Shown one piece after another: positions 13,070-27,930 of a DNA stretch of 64,000 nucleotides. The notes under the pieces are model-generated. The model made no database searches, was not told the origin of the DNA, and worked only from the letters and a program-made list of their open reading frames with translations. How positions within the stretch are numbered: position 1 is the stretch's first letter; the number at the start of each line of letters is the position of its first letter. The translations under genes were made by a program, and so were the position numbers. Origin of the DNA: Octopus vulgaris (Eukaryota); assembly GCA_951406725.2 (NCBI GenBank), contig OX597824.1:25544001-25608000 (forward strand), in the 5' to 3' direction.

Positions 13070-13207
13070 GAGAGAGATTTTAAACTTATTCTTGTAAGAC
13101 GAATATCGTTGCTTTAACTTTATATTGTTGTCATTATTATTGAAGTAATATTATGTTTATTGTAGAACTTCACAACTACCGCATGAGCCTATGCTTTCAG
13201 GGTAAGT
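13070..13207 (+). promoter_or_regulatory. Putative GPCR 5'-leader exon module A (donor GT at 13202)
   Basis: Paralogous to 28700-28832 and 52003-52108; ends TTTCAGG|GTAAGT; the following 13640-13960 aligns with 28830-29130. Confidence 0.55.
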
Positions 13208-13213
13208 ATCTTG

Positions 13214-13634
13214 TTTTAAGGCGGCGAGCTGGCAGAAACGTTAGCACGCCGGACGAAATGCGTAGCCGTATTTCGTCTGCCGTTACGTTCTGAGTTCAAA
13301 TACCACCGAGGTCAACTTTGCCTTTCATCCTTTCAGGGTCGATTAAATAAGTACCAGTTACGCACTGGGGTCGATATAATCGACTTAAGCAGTTTGTCTG
13401 TCCTTGTTTGTCTCCTCTGTGTTTAACCCCTTGTGGATAGTAAAGAAATAGGTATTTCGTCTGCCGCTACGTTCTAAGTTCAGATACCACCGAGGTCGAC
13501 TTTGCCTTTCATCCTTTCAGGGTCGATTAAATAAGTACCAGTTACGCACTGGGGTCGATATAATTGACTTAAGCAGTTTGTCTGTCCTAGTTTGTCCTCT
13601 CTGTGTTTAGCCCCTTGTGGGTAGTAGAGAAATA
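13214..13634 (+). mobile_element. SINE family B dimer with 13-bp TSD GGTAAGTATCTTG
   Basis: TSD at 13201-13213 and 13635-13647; tRNA-like head GGCGGCGAGCTGGCAGAAACGTTAGC. Confidence 0.85.
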
Positions 13635-14149
13635 GGTAAGTATCTTGCTTTTGTTTATTGCGTGTATTCAATGGTGTTTTTTTTTTTTTGTGTGTATGTG
13701 ACGAAGAAAGGCGGTAGGCACCATTAATAGTTACTTCCTGAACTACTCCTTAACACTTTGCTTGTCCAAAGCGTTTACACATGTATATCGTAAATGTCCA
13801 CACTTGTTTTTTAGTTAGCCATTGTTTCATACGTTCTGAGTAATATAAAGCTTTCCTTTCATTAGTTCCGACATAATCTAATGGTTGAAAAAAATTGGGA
13901 ATGTGTATTATGTATGATGCATGGACGCAAGAAAATATGTCCTGTTTATCACATAATAAATTAGGCATGTTTATTTTGGTCATATATTATTACCGCCATA
14001 CTGTGAAGCCACGGAAACTTGGTGCGCCATAAGTTTAAAAAGTGTTTGTAAGCTTTTCGACCTTCTAAGGTCTTTTCATTTCTGTTGTTACCATTACGTT
14101 TCTGAGATTGCCTGCATTGCGCAGATTGTACTTTTGTGTAGAGACATCC

Positions 14150-17100
14150 CCTATTTTGCAGGGGCGCGCATAAATAATTTTTGAATTTTAACAAAAACAG
14201 CTTTGGAATTTTCAGTAATTTTTAAAGATGGTTGATATAGAAGCCATCATAATTTTCGACAAAGGAACGCGCTTCTTGTCGGGGAAAATTGAGAACAAGA
14301 AAAGAATTGAGAATATCAGTTTAGAATGGCCTAAACTGAATGACACCAAAACTTTCGAGAACAACAACAGCAACAAAAGATGCAGTGACAGCAACAACAA
14401 CAACAACAACAACAATAACAGCAACAGCAATACAAAAGAAATGAAACATAAAATCGCAAATATCGCCACTGCGTCTTTGGTGTCAGAGGCGAGAAATATG
14501 GAAAGTTACCACATAGACGAAGAAGAATTAAATTTAGCAAGAAAAATTGTAAAAAGAAATGGAAGAAGGGTAACTCTAAAACCTCCATTCGACATGATAG
14601 AAAATATTGCAAGATGCACGATGACATACCGTTGCATCGGAGTAAAGTCTCAGCGGGTGGAAAATGCTCCCGAGAGCGAAATACAAAAATGACTTGGGTG
14701 CATCTGAGAACTGAAGATTCACATTACCCGAGGAAAGAAGTTTGGAACCACTGAGATGTGATTTGGGACGGAAGAAGAAGCTAGATATAATTCCGCAACC
14801 ACTTTGAGGAAAGACAATTTTTTCTTAATTCCAGCTATCGCGGTCAACGTCTTGCCAAGATTAGGGTGCTGAATGTGCCGCCAGAAATATCCATTAGTGG
14901 CGGCTATCTTGGCAGATTTAGAATAAGACGAAGTCACAATACTGGAGATCAAGAAACTACCTAAAACTGGTTAGGTATAGATATGAAAATGAACTTGCAA
15001 TGCAAGCAGGACCATATTGATCAGCCAACCGATCTAACCGATCTGCCGGATGGTACTCACCTGTCAGTGTTCATGGAGGGTAGAAAGCCAAGATGCCCCA
15101 AATGTGGGTCTGTAAGACACATAAAATTTTCCTGCCCTGAAATAATGGAAAATAAAGTCTCACCGTTGCCAACATTACAAATACTAGAAGTGAAAAAATC
15201 ATAAACAAGTGCTCAAGACTCCTACACCTTCTCCCACACCCACGCTCACCCACTCCCAAACCAAGACAAAGAAGGAGTCTACCCCCGGTCGCTACGGAAA
15301 AGCAAGTTTCTCCTGAATGCTCTTCCTCTCAAACCAACGTTAATTGCAATGATATGGAGCTGAACGATCAATGGATCACAGTGACAAAAGTGGGGTAAGC
15401 GAAAGAGAAGAATACAAAGCCCTATTCCAAGAAATCAACGAAAACTTATTCCGAAACCACAACTGCAACACAATTCATTACCACTCCAACGAAAATACCA
15501 AGAACAAGATCAACAACTTCGAAAACAGCAACATCATCAGCACCATGAAATTAAAGAAACCGAGAAACAACCGATTATACAACTTCAAAAATATTCATCA
15601 GACTGTGGACGAACTGTATCCACCACTTTCACTGTTGTGAACAAGTGTAACAGTGAATTAATGGATTTTATAAATTAAAATATATATAGTATAGTGACAG
15701 AGCGAAAAGAATTTGAGGAGCTCGTCCTCGAAACACCCAAGGACAAACTCTTAATTAAAACGTCCTCAGACGTTTATAAAATTGCGATTAAAAAAAAATT
15801 CCCTGGAGGTGTGGAGATTCAAAAAATATGTTGATAAAAGGCAGTTGGAAGGGCTTTTAAAAATTTTCCACCAGTAGAGAAGCCCGGAACTTCCGGTCTT
15901 CTTGAGAATCAATATCAGTGATCTCCTTATTTTCTTTCTCCGAATATCATGTCTGTGCTGAGAATGGGGTGTGTGAATGTGCGTGGTCTGGCGTCAGCTT
16001 GGAAGCAAGGTCCCTTGCTCAATGATCTCAGGTCACTTGATTTGCATGTGGCTGCCATTAGTGAAACAAGGATCTCCAGAAAACACGATCTAACATTCAT
16101 TTTCGAGGACTCTGAGGGATTCTCATCTTGTGGGCTATCGGAAGCGGGTGGTGGTGAAGCAGTGCTACTCCGGAAATCCGGTACCGACTGGATTTCCCCG
16201 ATGTGCCAGTGTGGACATGAAGCAACCACAGCGGGTCATCCAGATCGTATTTAGATAGAGTATTTGTTAGGTCAGAGGATAGGGATAGCATAGGTTGTCC
16301 ACAATTTAAATTGGTCGGCTACACAATCACAATTTTGTGATATGCTCAGTCGATTTAGATAAACCCCATACACAGGGACCCGGTTACTGCAAGTTGAATG
16401 CGTCCTTACCGGCTCACAAAGACTACAGGGACCGGATTAGCGAACTAGTTAAGCGGCAGTTGACTAGGCCTATCATCAACAACCGGTGGTGGATCGCTCT
16501 GAAGAGAGCGATTAGAGTAGAATCGATAGCGTTTAGCAAAGATTTAATAAAAGAAAGAAATAAATTAGAGGGAGAACTAGTTAGCAAACTAGTGAAGCCT
16601 ATTAGTAAAGGTATCACGACCGATGTGTTAGCGGCGAGAATGCTCTTGGCCCTTTCTTTGAGGCGACCCGCAAGAGTGTGTTGTCAGAGCTAAAGTCCGT
16701 GTGCTAAAACACGGAAGAACTAAAGCCGTCCAATAGGCCCAAACGATAGAGACGCGACGTGGAAACAAAACCCCGATCAAATCTTTGACAGATCGGGACG
16801 GAGGAACGCGTGCAACTCGCTTCTGACCAGATGTGTGCAGCTTCCCAGCAGCACTTTGTGCGGTTGTTTAGGGAGTTTGATGGGTCGACGGCGGTAGCGA
16901 ACTTTACTTCCTACCTAGACGGCTTACCACGGCTCACGGTTTCGGACGCGAGATTCTACGAAAAGCCGTTTACAGCCTCTGAAATACGGGACGATGAACG
17001 ACCGCACAACTAGCAACTCGCCCGGTTTCAATGGTCTGTCCTACGAAATCTATGTTTTCATGACAGATTTGTTCGGCAGCCTCTTGGCAGATGTATATAG

Positions 17101-17905
17101 TAAGTGGCAAAAGAACAGGAGAATTCCTAGGGCTGTTAGCCGGAGTGTAGTAACACTGTTGAGAAAGGATGCCGACAATGGAGACGTGCTAGGGAATTTT
17201 CGGCCCATAAGTCTGCTAATCATATAGTTTACGATTTTGGTCTTTGCGAAAAGGTTGGCGGTTGTCGTTGGTAGTCTGATCGGGAAGGCACAAATGTGCG
17301 CAATCCCAATCAGGCCAATAGACGACAACCGCCACCTTACGCAATACATCTTAGAGAGTGATAGGACTGAAGCTGGATTCGGTTAGGCCTTGATCAATTT
17401 AGATCAGTCGAAAGCTTTCAAAAGAGTAGACCGTCGCTGCTTGGAAGCTGTCCTTAAAGCAGCCGGTTTCGGACCCGTTTTCAGATGTTGGATTACTGCA
17501 ACGCACAGCGGTACTTGCTCGGTGGTCAAAGTAAATGCCCATCTATCCGTACCGTTTAGTTTCGCACGTTCGATCCGTCAGGGCTGCCCGCTGTCACCTC
17601 TTCTGTATGTGCTGGCTCTCGAGCCACTGTTGCGGAAGTTGGAACAGTTAAGAGGCCTCCCTTTTGAAACTGGACACGGGAGGGCAGTGTCTACATACAC
17701 GGACAGTCGGCTCTATTGTAAAGGAATATGAGTCGGTTGCAGTGGCTAAAATCAATACCGACAAGTCGGTGAGATTGCGATTGGACAGTTGGAGAGGAAG
17801 ATTGATACTGTCGGATGGCGTCGTTGGACAGATGGAGCAGTTAAAATGCTCGGGGTCTGGTTCAGTCCCGACCTCCAGGTAGATAAGAATTGGGAAGAGG
17901 TGACA
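14150..17905 (+). mobile_element. Degenerate Tx1/L1-clade non-LTR retrotransposon
   Basis: ORF1 zinc knuckle CPKCGSVRHIKFSC; APE GCVNVRGL..AAISET; RT NFRPISLL, NLDQSKAF, SIRQGCPLSPLLY; many stops and frameshifts. Confidence 0.8.
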
Positions 17906-17948
17906 TATATACATGTACACACTCATACACACACACACACACACACAT

Positions 17949-17987
<39 letters not shown>

Positions 17988-18002
17988 TACACACACACAC
18001 AC

Positions 18003-19480
18003 CTCAGCTGGTGCTTCTCACCTTCTCCATTCCTCCGGTTTATAAGTGTATGTTCAGAGTCGGCCCATTCATACGAGCCATCTTCGCTATATTTACCCTC
18101 AATAAAAATACTATGGGCAGTACTTTACCACACCACCTTTACTTTTCTTTCAAGTGGAACTTGAAAAAGTCGAGTAACACTTGGCGGAGGAGGAAACTGC
18201 CTTCTGTTGCCGGTTAAAAGAAGGCGGTGAAGCGATATCCACGATGGACTCAGTCGATAACCGGATCCGTCCTACACACGGTAACAGCTATTAGTCAAAA
18301 CACCACAAGTCAACAATTCCCGGACTCTGGTCGAGTGCATGCAGAAGTTTCGTCAATTTGCGCTTATCTTGGACAAGTCCTCCCGACAGCACTTCTGTGC
18401 CTGTAGAGTTTCCCTCGAAGCGGCAAAGTTCGCGGTAGCACTGTCAAGCCAGGGATTTCTGGAAATTACCCATAGCCCGAAAATCCTCTGGAAAAGACCA
18501 GCTAATTGAGCTCTCCCGACACCAAAAGTTACCTCGAGGACGTCGTACCATTTACTCGCCTTTAAACTCTACAGTACTCCAATACCGACTGCATTGCCCA
18601 ACTGGCAGAGGACTGTGAAAGCTTACCGACACACCAGGTAATAAGTACCCCCTCTCCATCTGCACTTCATTCAGCAAACGGCGAGAGCGCCTGGGCACCG
18701 TTAAGGAAACGTTGGTGATGTCACGGCCTCAGTGCATATCTGCGCATCATTAGCCACAGCATGCCCAGTACTCCACTCAACAGCTGCTGATAGCAGATGG
18801 ACCGTCTGACGAGCGAAACACGTCCCTTCCACAGAAAACAGAAAAGCAAGCACTCCAGATTGAGCAGCCACGAAGTAGGCCATGGAACACCCCTCAGACA
18901 ATAGTAAATGATGGAAGCGATTTATGCGTTCGGCACCTGTGTCCAACCTTTCATGGACAACTTCCTCGTTGCTAATTTCTGAGTGAGACTGGCCACCCTG
19001 CTCATCACCTCCCCACAGTTCTTGTCCACCCAGAAGACCGGCCCAAACCATAGCTCGTGTGATCTAACCAGTCCTTCTATCCTGCACTCTACGACGCTGT
19101 CGAACTACATGGATCTGCCTCTCCAGGAGTCGAGCTGCAAGCCCATTGACTTCTGCTTAATCTTTCATCATGTCACCGCTTCGTACTCTCTTAGTTTAGT
19201 GCCAATCAATCGATGTCCGAGATATCATTACGTTAACGTCGTCTGCATAAGTCGACACAAAACTTCAACATCTTAGTTCATGCGGGATGTCTATCGAAAC
19301 ATTCGACTTACGTAGTAATGGCTCAAGAGACAGTGCGTACAGAAGGGGTGAGAGTGTGGATCCTTGACAGACCGAACATACAATGCTAAACAATTCCGAT
19401 TGGTGGTCATTAATTTGACCACCAAACAGCTGTCGCTGTACATTGCAGCGATCCATCCTTTGAAAACAGGACTACCTCCA
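18003..19480 (-). mobile_element. Tx1/L1-clade 3' fragment
   Basis: Minus strand SVCQGSTLSPLLYALSLEPLLRK and GLQLDSWRGR, as in the + copy; 18618-19155 is closely similar to 27394-27930. Confidence 0.7.
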
Positions 19481-19499
19481 AATATTAATGGTAGGCCCT

Positions 19500-21190
19500 A
19501 TCAAAAACCTTTTGATTAATTTGGTGTTGCTGACATTACAAATTTTCTGATCAGCACATGAAAGAGTGGAAAACCAAATTGTACTCAAGTAATGTATTCC
19601 TTGGGGAAGTTAATATTAAAAGGGGAATCTTCCAAGGTGATTCGTTTTCTCCGTTACTATTTGTAAATGCACTAATACCCAAAACAATGACACTTGGGAA
19701 AGTCAAGATGGGTTACCGATGTGGGAAGAAAGGCCTATTATTGAACCATCTTCTGTTTATGGGTGACCTGAAATTGTTAGGGAAATCTGAAAATCAGATA
19801 GATTCCTTAACTAAAAATAGTCCAGAAGTGTGGTAGAGACATCGGTATAAAATTAGGGATTACTAAATGCTCAGTACTTAATATGAAAAGAGGGAAGAAA
19901 ACAGACTGCAGAGGATTGCGGTTACCATTAGGAGGGACCATGGGTGAACCCGACGGTAGTAGGTATAGATATTTAGGGACTTTAGAGCTGCATGACATTC
20001 TACACAGAAAAATTAGAGTTAAGGTCAGCGAGGCGTATCAAAAAAGGGTGAAGATAGTGTTGAAATCCAACTTGAATTCCAAAAATTTGATTACCGTAAT
20101 TAATATCTGGGCAGTTGCGGCGGTCAGATATAGTGCGTCCATCCTGAAATGGACTAAGGAGTAAACATCAACACTGGATAGAAGGACAAGAAAGTTGATG
20201 ACGTTGCATGGAGCCAAAGTAAACAGACTGTATATGAAAAGAAAGAATGGTGGCAGAGGACTAATTAGTATAGACCATTGTATACGGAGTGAAAGGAGAA
20301 CGAGTGCCGATATTTGATAAATAGTGATGAAGACCTTCTGCAATATGCCGCAAAAGATATGGGTGTAAATGCAGATGAAACGATGGGCAACGAAGAGTTT
20401 AACCTAAAAGCTGAGGAGAAGAGAAAAGAAAACCTTCCTGAAATGAGAATGCATGGACAGTTTGGAAGGAATACGCAAGACTTTAAGGATAATACAGCAT
20501 CGTGGGCATGGCTTGAGCGAGGTGATTTGAAGTGTACCACCGAAAGCCTGGTCATTGCTACACAAGGCCAGGCTCTCACTACCAATGCAATAAAGTATAA
20601 CGTCCATAAAATCTCTGACACCCAGAAATACAGACTCTGTAGAAAGAGTATGGAAAATGTGACCCACTTGGTAAGTGGATGTGAGAGTATGTGTGTATCT
20701 TCATTGGCTCTTATGCTTTAAATATGAATATGAAGTAACAGAGATCTGGTATGAGTATGTACCAAGTAAAGATATACAGGAGGATGGAAAAGAAACGATA
20801 CTCTGGGACTATGATTTTCAGACGGATCGTGTAATCGAACGCCGTCGGGCGGATATTGTCATATTGAACAAGGGAGACAAATACTGTCAGCTCATTGATG
20901 TAGCCATACCAAATGACATGAATGTTGAGAGTAAAGAGGTTGAAAAAAATCACCAAGTACTCCAAATTGAAAGTGGAAATGGCAAGACTGCATGGAATGC
21001 GAGATTGTAATGTAAAAGTGATACCAATGGTGATCGGAGCGCTAGACTCAATCCCATTGAAACTTCAAAACTTCTTAAGGCAGCTGAAAATCCGATGCAA
21101 GATTGATGTCTTGCAAAAAGCAGCCTTATTGAACACAGCGCACGTCTTAAGGAAAGTATTATTTCTGAGATCCTTGTTGTGACTTGATAG
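19500..21190 (+). mobile_element. Degenerate R4/Dong-type (RLE) LINE
   Basis: RGIFQGDSFSPLLF, HLLFMGDLKL, YRYLG, YRLC, RRADIV..IDVAIP..KYSKL. Confidence 0.8.
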
Positions 21191-21236
21191 ATGACTAAAG
21201 AATCCGGTGCATTTTTAGCTCTGCTACAAAGGAATG

Positions 21237-21878
<642 letters not shown>

Positions 21879-21904
21879 AAGAAGAAGAAGAAGAAGAAGA
21901 ATAG

Positions 21905-22085
21905 TTTCTAATTTTGTCACAAGGGTAGCAATTTTGGGGGAGGAATGAGTCGATTATATCGAACCCAGTGTTTAACTGGTACTTATTTTATCAACCCCGA
22001 AAAGAATTTAAACTTATCGTATCAACGGGCGAAATACCACTAAGCATTTCGGACAGTGCGCTAACGATACTGCCAGCTCACCGCC

Positions 22086-22088
<3 letters not shown>
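21905..22088 (-). mobile_element. SINE family B, degenerate
   Basis: Matches family B head and body in reverse. Confidence 0.65.
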
Positions 22089-22133
<45 letters not shown>

Positions 22134-22198
22134 GTAATAAGAAGAAGAAGAAGAAGAAGAATAACAACAACAACAACAACAATAACAATAACAATAAC

Positions 22199-22263
<65 letters not shown>

Positions 22264-22299
22264 TAATAATAATAATAATAATGATAATAATAATAATAA

Positions 22300-24978
22300 C
22301 CTGAGATAAAAGAAAAGCTGAAGCAAGATATCCTTAACAAAGCACAAAGGATCCGCCGGTACGAGAAACGCCAACGCTTCTTTGAACAGAACAAAAAGTT
22401 CAACTCCAACCCCAAAAAGTTCTACCAAGAACTGGGCAAAAATAAAATAGAAGTCACTGCAGCACCAACGGCAGAAGAATTGGAAGAATTCTGGAGAGAA
22501 ATATGGTCGGCGAACGAACAACCAAAAAAAGGAGTATCAAAATAACAAACTCGGCATCTGAACAACTTTGGACCCCCATAACAACTGAAGAGGTCACCCA
22601 GGCACTGCAAAGACTAAGCAACTGGAAGGCACCTGGGCATGACAAGATCCCCAACTTCTGGTTGAAATATCTAACAGGAATGCACAAAAAGCTGGCTGAA
22701 AACTTTAACAACATACTAGCAGAGCCAGAGACAATGCCTGAATGGCTCACGAAGGGGAAAACCATCTTAATTCCCAAATCAAATGAAACAGCAAAACCAG
22801 AAAACTACAGACCAATAACCTGCCTCCCTACTATGTTCAAGGCATTTACTGCAGTGATATCGCAAAGGCTGAACAAGCACCTGGACGAAAACAAACTGTT
22901 CCCAGAAGAGCAGAAAGGATGCCGCAAAGGCTCATATGGCTGTAAAGATCAACTAATGATTAACAAAGCCATAACTGAAGGCAGCCACAGAAAGAAGAAA
23001 GGCCTCAGTATGGCCTGGATTGACTACAAAAAGGTGTTTGATAGCATCCCCCACACATGGATCGTCGAAACACTAGCCATTAACAAAGTAGCACCAACAA
23101 TCATAAAATTCATAGAGCACTCTATGAATAAATGGCAAACAGTCCTACACCTCCAAACAAAAGAGGGACTCATGAAAACCAAAGACATCTCCATTAGAAG
23201 AGGAATATTCCAGGGAGACACGCTCTCTCCACTCCTTTTCTGCTTGGCACTGTCACCTCTATCTGATATGCTAAATAGAACTGGATGCGGATATAAATGT
23301 TACGGCAAAACGATCAGCCACCTTTTATATATGGATGACCTAAAACTATACGCTGCAAATGACAAACAGCTGGAAACACTATTAAAGACAGTTCATGGAT
23401 TTACCAAAGAAATAGATATGAAATTTGGATTAGAAAAATGCGCCAAAGTAACCATGAAAAGAGGAAAACTAGTTAAGAGTAACAACATCACACTAGATAA
23501 AACCAATTAAATAAAAGAATTAGACCAAAGCCAAACTTACAAATACTTAGGAATCCATGAACTAGATAAGACACAACACACACAAATGAAAGAGAAAATA
23601 AAAAAAGAATATTATAGACGAGTTAGATCAATACTAAAAACAGAGCTCAATGCTAAAAACAAGATAATAGGTATCAACACTTTAGCTGTCCCAGTTATAG
23701 GTTACAGCTACAATATCCTTAACTGGACACGAAATGAACTGACCAAAATAGATAGGAAAACAAGAAAAATAATGACAAGATCTAGGATGCATCACCCAAA
23801 ATCTGACATAGAAAGACTATATATACAACGTATAGAAGGTGGTAGAGGCCTTATACAGCTGGAAAACTACTATAAAATAACCACCATAGGACTGCAAAAA
23901 TATCTACTTCAGAAGGAAGGAAAACTGATCCAGATAGCGGCAAAACACGAGCAAAACAAAAAACTGTTCTCAGTATTTAAGGAAGCTGACAAATACAAAC
24001 AAGAAATCATACCACCTAATAAACATGAAGAAGAAGAAGATGAAGAAACAACAAAAGCTATAAAACAAATGAAATCCAAACTAAAAATAGAACAGCAACG
24101 AACCATGATAAAACGATGGCAAGAAAAGCCCCTTCATGGTAAATACTGGACTAAACTAAACGCAAAAGAAATAGACAAAGAAAAATCCCAGCAATGGTTG
24201 AGAAGCTCAGGACTCAAAGCAGAGATAGAGCGGTTTTTAATTGCAGCACAATACCAAAGCCTCCCCACCAGAAATTACCAAAAACATGTAATGAAAAGAA
24301 ATATTACAAGTAACTGCAGAATATGTGGAGATGGACAAGAAACAATAAATCATATTATCTCTAGCTGCCCAGTCCTGGCTAAGAAGGAATATATTCACAG
24401 ACATGACAGAGTTGGAACCTACATACATTGGAAGCTATGCCAACATTATGGAATAACAACAGAAAAAAGATGGTATAGGCACACACCAGAAAATGTCACA
24501 GAAAACGAGACAGCAACCATACTCTGGGATATGCCGATACACACAGATAGAGAAATTAAGGCCAACAGACCAGATATAGTTGTCAGAGATCATGAAGAAA
24601 AAAAATGCTTTCTAATTCATGTATCAATACCGGCAGATGATAACGTTTCTCTAAAAGAAATGGAGAAACTCTCAAAATACAAAGACCTGGAAATAGAGGT
24701 AACTAGAATGTGGAATCTGAAAACAGAAACAATTCCTATCATAGTAGGTGCATTAGGCATGATAAAAAAATATTCAGACAAATACATAACAAAAACACCA
24801 GGACTTACAAACACATATAACATACAGAAACTTGCACTACTGGGAACTGCACACATCCTACGCAAAACACTTTCAATGCAGTAACCATAAGAGCATCACA
24901 ACAAACCACAGCACATACCCAAGGCACACAGAGCTGCGCTCAGTAGTGAAGTGAAAGCACGATATAAAAATAAAACTA

Positions 24979-24982
<4 letters not shown>
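22300..24982 (+). mobile_element. Young 5'-truncated R4/Dong LINE (RT, CCHC finger, restriction-like endonuclease) in (TAA)n
   Basis: ORFs 22503-23510 and 23586-24884 are in one frame, split by a single TAA; YRPITCL, QGDTLSP, YMDD, CRIC..HIISSC, RHD, RPDIVV..KYKDL; (AAT)n on both sides. Confidence 0.92.
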
Positions 24983-25062
<80 letters not shown>

Positions 25063-26109
25063 TTCAGGTACATGGCCTGAAATTTTGGGAGAGTGGCTTA
25101 GATGATTACATTGACTGCACTGCTTCACATCAACTCTGAAAGGATGAACGGCAAAGGTGAGCGTAGGGATAAAATTGCCGCTAGCATTTTGCTTCGTATG
25201 CAAAAGGGCATAAGCTTTGTTGATTGAATTCCTCCTTATGGAAGGCAAAGTCGGCAATGGTAGGATTTGAACTCAGAACCTGAAGACGGATGAAATGCTG
25301 CTAAGCATTTTGTCCGATGGGCTAACGATTCAGCCAGCTTTAATACAGGTTTAAAATTTTGGCACAGGGACAGCATTTTCGAGGGAATAGATTATTCCTT
25401 AACATCGACACCATTGCGCAATTGGTACTTGTTCTTTGGAATTAAGCGGAACTTGAACTGAGAACGTAGCGGCGTAGGAAATGCTGGTAAGCATTTGTAA
25501 GTATGTATGTAAGAATGTATGTGTAGTGGCAGCATGGACGCTCTTGAACTTTAGCTGCCCACATTTTTGTTTTACTTTTAACTACCCATTTTGGTTCACC
25601 ACGTGATGATAATATCCGTCAAATGTAAATAATGAAGATCCATTTAGTTTTACTTGGACTACCCACACCTTTAACGTGGTGGACTAGCCTAGTGCCTGTT
25701 CATCAGCTATAAAATGGGAAGCTTTGACTGGCTAAGTCTCTAGAGAGGAGAATTTTGCTAAGTACGACCTGGGACTTTGATATGAAAACAGTTTTAATTT
25801 CATTTTGCAGTTTTCAGCTTGAACAGATTTCAAACCAGAATTGTCGATGTTATGCTTCGAGTCTTACCAACATTTGAATAGAAGTAACCAGAATTTTTGT
25901 GATGTTGTATTTCAGGTTTTTCTCTAACCTTTATATCTTCATTTTTATGAGCATTTAAATCTATATTATGTTTTGAGAAATATAATGTCCTACCAGTTTA
26001 CTGTATCAAATTTTAGCAATAGTAATAAATGTTTCTTTGCGGTCAACTGTAACTCGCCTTTCAAGTTGTTCTTTAATATCTATTCGAATGTCAATTAAGA
26101 GAGGACATA

Positions 26110-26760
26110 GTCCTTTCTACTATAGGCACAAGACCTGAAATTTGGGGGAGGGGGATAGTCAATTACATCGACCCCAGTGTTTCACCGGTACTTAATTAAT
26201 CGACCCCAAAAGGATGAAAAGTAAAGTCGTTATCGGTGCAATTTGAACTCAGCACGCAGCGGCGGACGAAATACCACAAAGCATTTCGCCCGGCGTGCTA
26301 ACGTTTCTGCCGGCTTGCCGCCTTTTAAATAAAGAACGTTACTATCGCTTTTTTACTTCCCACAAGGGGCTACACACAGAGGAGACAAACAAGGACAGAC
26401 AAACGGATTAAGTCGATTATATCGACCCCAGTGCGTAACTGGTACTTATTTAATCGACCCCGAAAGGATGAAAGGCAAAGTCGACCTCAGCGGAATTTGA
26501 ACTCAGAACGTAACGGCAGACGAAATACCTATTTCTTTACTACCCACAAGGGGCTAAACATAAAGGGGACAAACAAGGACAGACAAACGGATTAAGTCGA
26601 TTATATCGACCCCAGTGCGTAACTGGTACTTATTTAATCGACCCCGAAAGGATGAAAGGCAAAGTCGACCTCGGCGGAATTTGAACTCAGAACGTAACGT
26701 CAGACGAAATAACGCTAAGCATTTCGCCCGGCGTGTTAACGTTTCTGCCAGCTCGCGTAT
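26110..26760 (-). mobile_element. SINE family B multimer with 15-bp flanking direct repeat
   Basis: TTAAGAGAGGACATA at 26095-26109 and 26761-26775 brackets three SINE units. Confidence 0.8.
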
Positions 26761-27019
26761 TTAAGAGAGGACATAATATATCAGGACTTAACCCGCAATT
26801 CTTACGACAACATTACATACCTTTATTACTAAAAAATGCAGTCTTGCTAAAAATTGGTGACCTCGACTTGATCGGAAATTTGTTCAGGGGTTGCAGGTGC
26901 GATCATTTGCAAGGTAAGCAATGTGGGGATACGTAGAGAAGTTCCGCCGAAGAAAAGCCACGCTCTTCCTTAACAACAGCACAAAGACCTAAGAGAACAA
27001 TCGGTAATATTCCCAACCC

Positions 27020-27393
27020 TCTGTCTGAATGAGGGTTCACATCGAATTCCTACCACTTTTCATCATCTCATGGCTAATGGAATGATAGAAAGATTTCATC
27101 GACAGCTACAATCTGCTTCATGTGCTCACCCTCATTCAGACAGATGGTTGGAAGCATTACTTCTCTACGGATCTCCACTTTGCTTACCTGGGCAGATAAC
27201 CGTACCTGAGACTCCTGAACAAATTTTCGATCCGGCTGATTACATACATCGTTAACGAAATTACATGAAATTACATGAAAGAATTACCTCCTCTGGTTAC
27301 TAGAGCACAGTCTATCAAGTCTTGTGTGCTTCCTGATATTACTTCACAGACTCGTGTTTTTGTTCGCAACGATCTTGTTAAACAAATTCTTCA
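27020..27393 (+). mobile_element. Gypsy-like integrase remnant
   Basis: H..ANGMIERFHRQL motif. Confidence 0.6.
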
Positions 27394-27930
27394 AAGCTTG
27401 CCGACACACCAGGTGCTAAGTACCCCTTCTCCATCTGCACTCCATTCAGCAAACGGCAAGATCACCTGGTCACCGTTAAGGACATTGTTGGTGATGTCGC
27501 GGTCTCAGTGCATATCTGCGCATCATTAGCCACAGCATGCCTAGTACTCCACTCAGCGGCTGCTGATAGCAGACGGATCGTCGGTCGAGCGAAACAGGTC
27601 CCTTCCACAGAAAACAGAAGAGCAAGCACTCCAGATTGAGCAGTCATGAAGTTGGCCATGGAACACCCCTCAGACAATAGTAAATGATGGAAGCGATGTA
27701 TGCGTTCGGCACCTGTATCCAACCTTTCATGGACAACTTCCTCGTTGCTAATTTCTGAGTGAGACTGGCCACCCTGCTCATTACCTCCCGGATGAAATGT
27801 CCACCCAGAAGACCGGCCCAAACCATAGCTCGTGTGATCTAACCAGTCCTTCTATCCTGCACCCTACGACGCTGTCGAACTACATGTGTCTGCCTCTCCA
27901 GGAGTCGAGCTGCAAGCCCATCGACTTCTT
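27394..27930 (-). mobile_element. Tx1/L1 fragment, same segment as 18618-19155
   Basis: Direct sequence similarity. Confidence 0.75.

Noticed and set aside
21968-22521. Poly-N/L/Y/F ORFs (also 1814-2164, 33731-34365, 52133-52601)
   Set aside because: Trinucleotide microsatellites.
25500-26090. Possible decayed third GPCR exon between modules A and B
   Set aside because: No recognisable GPCR motif or conserved acceptor found by eye.
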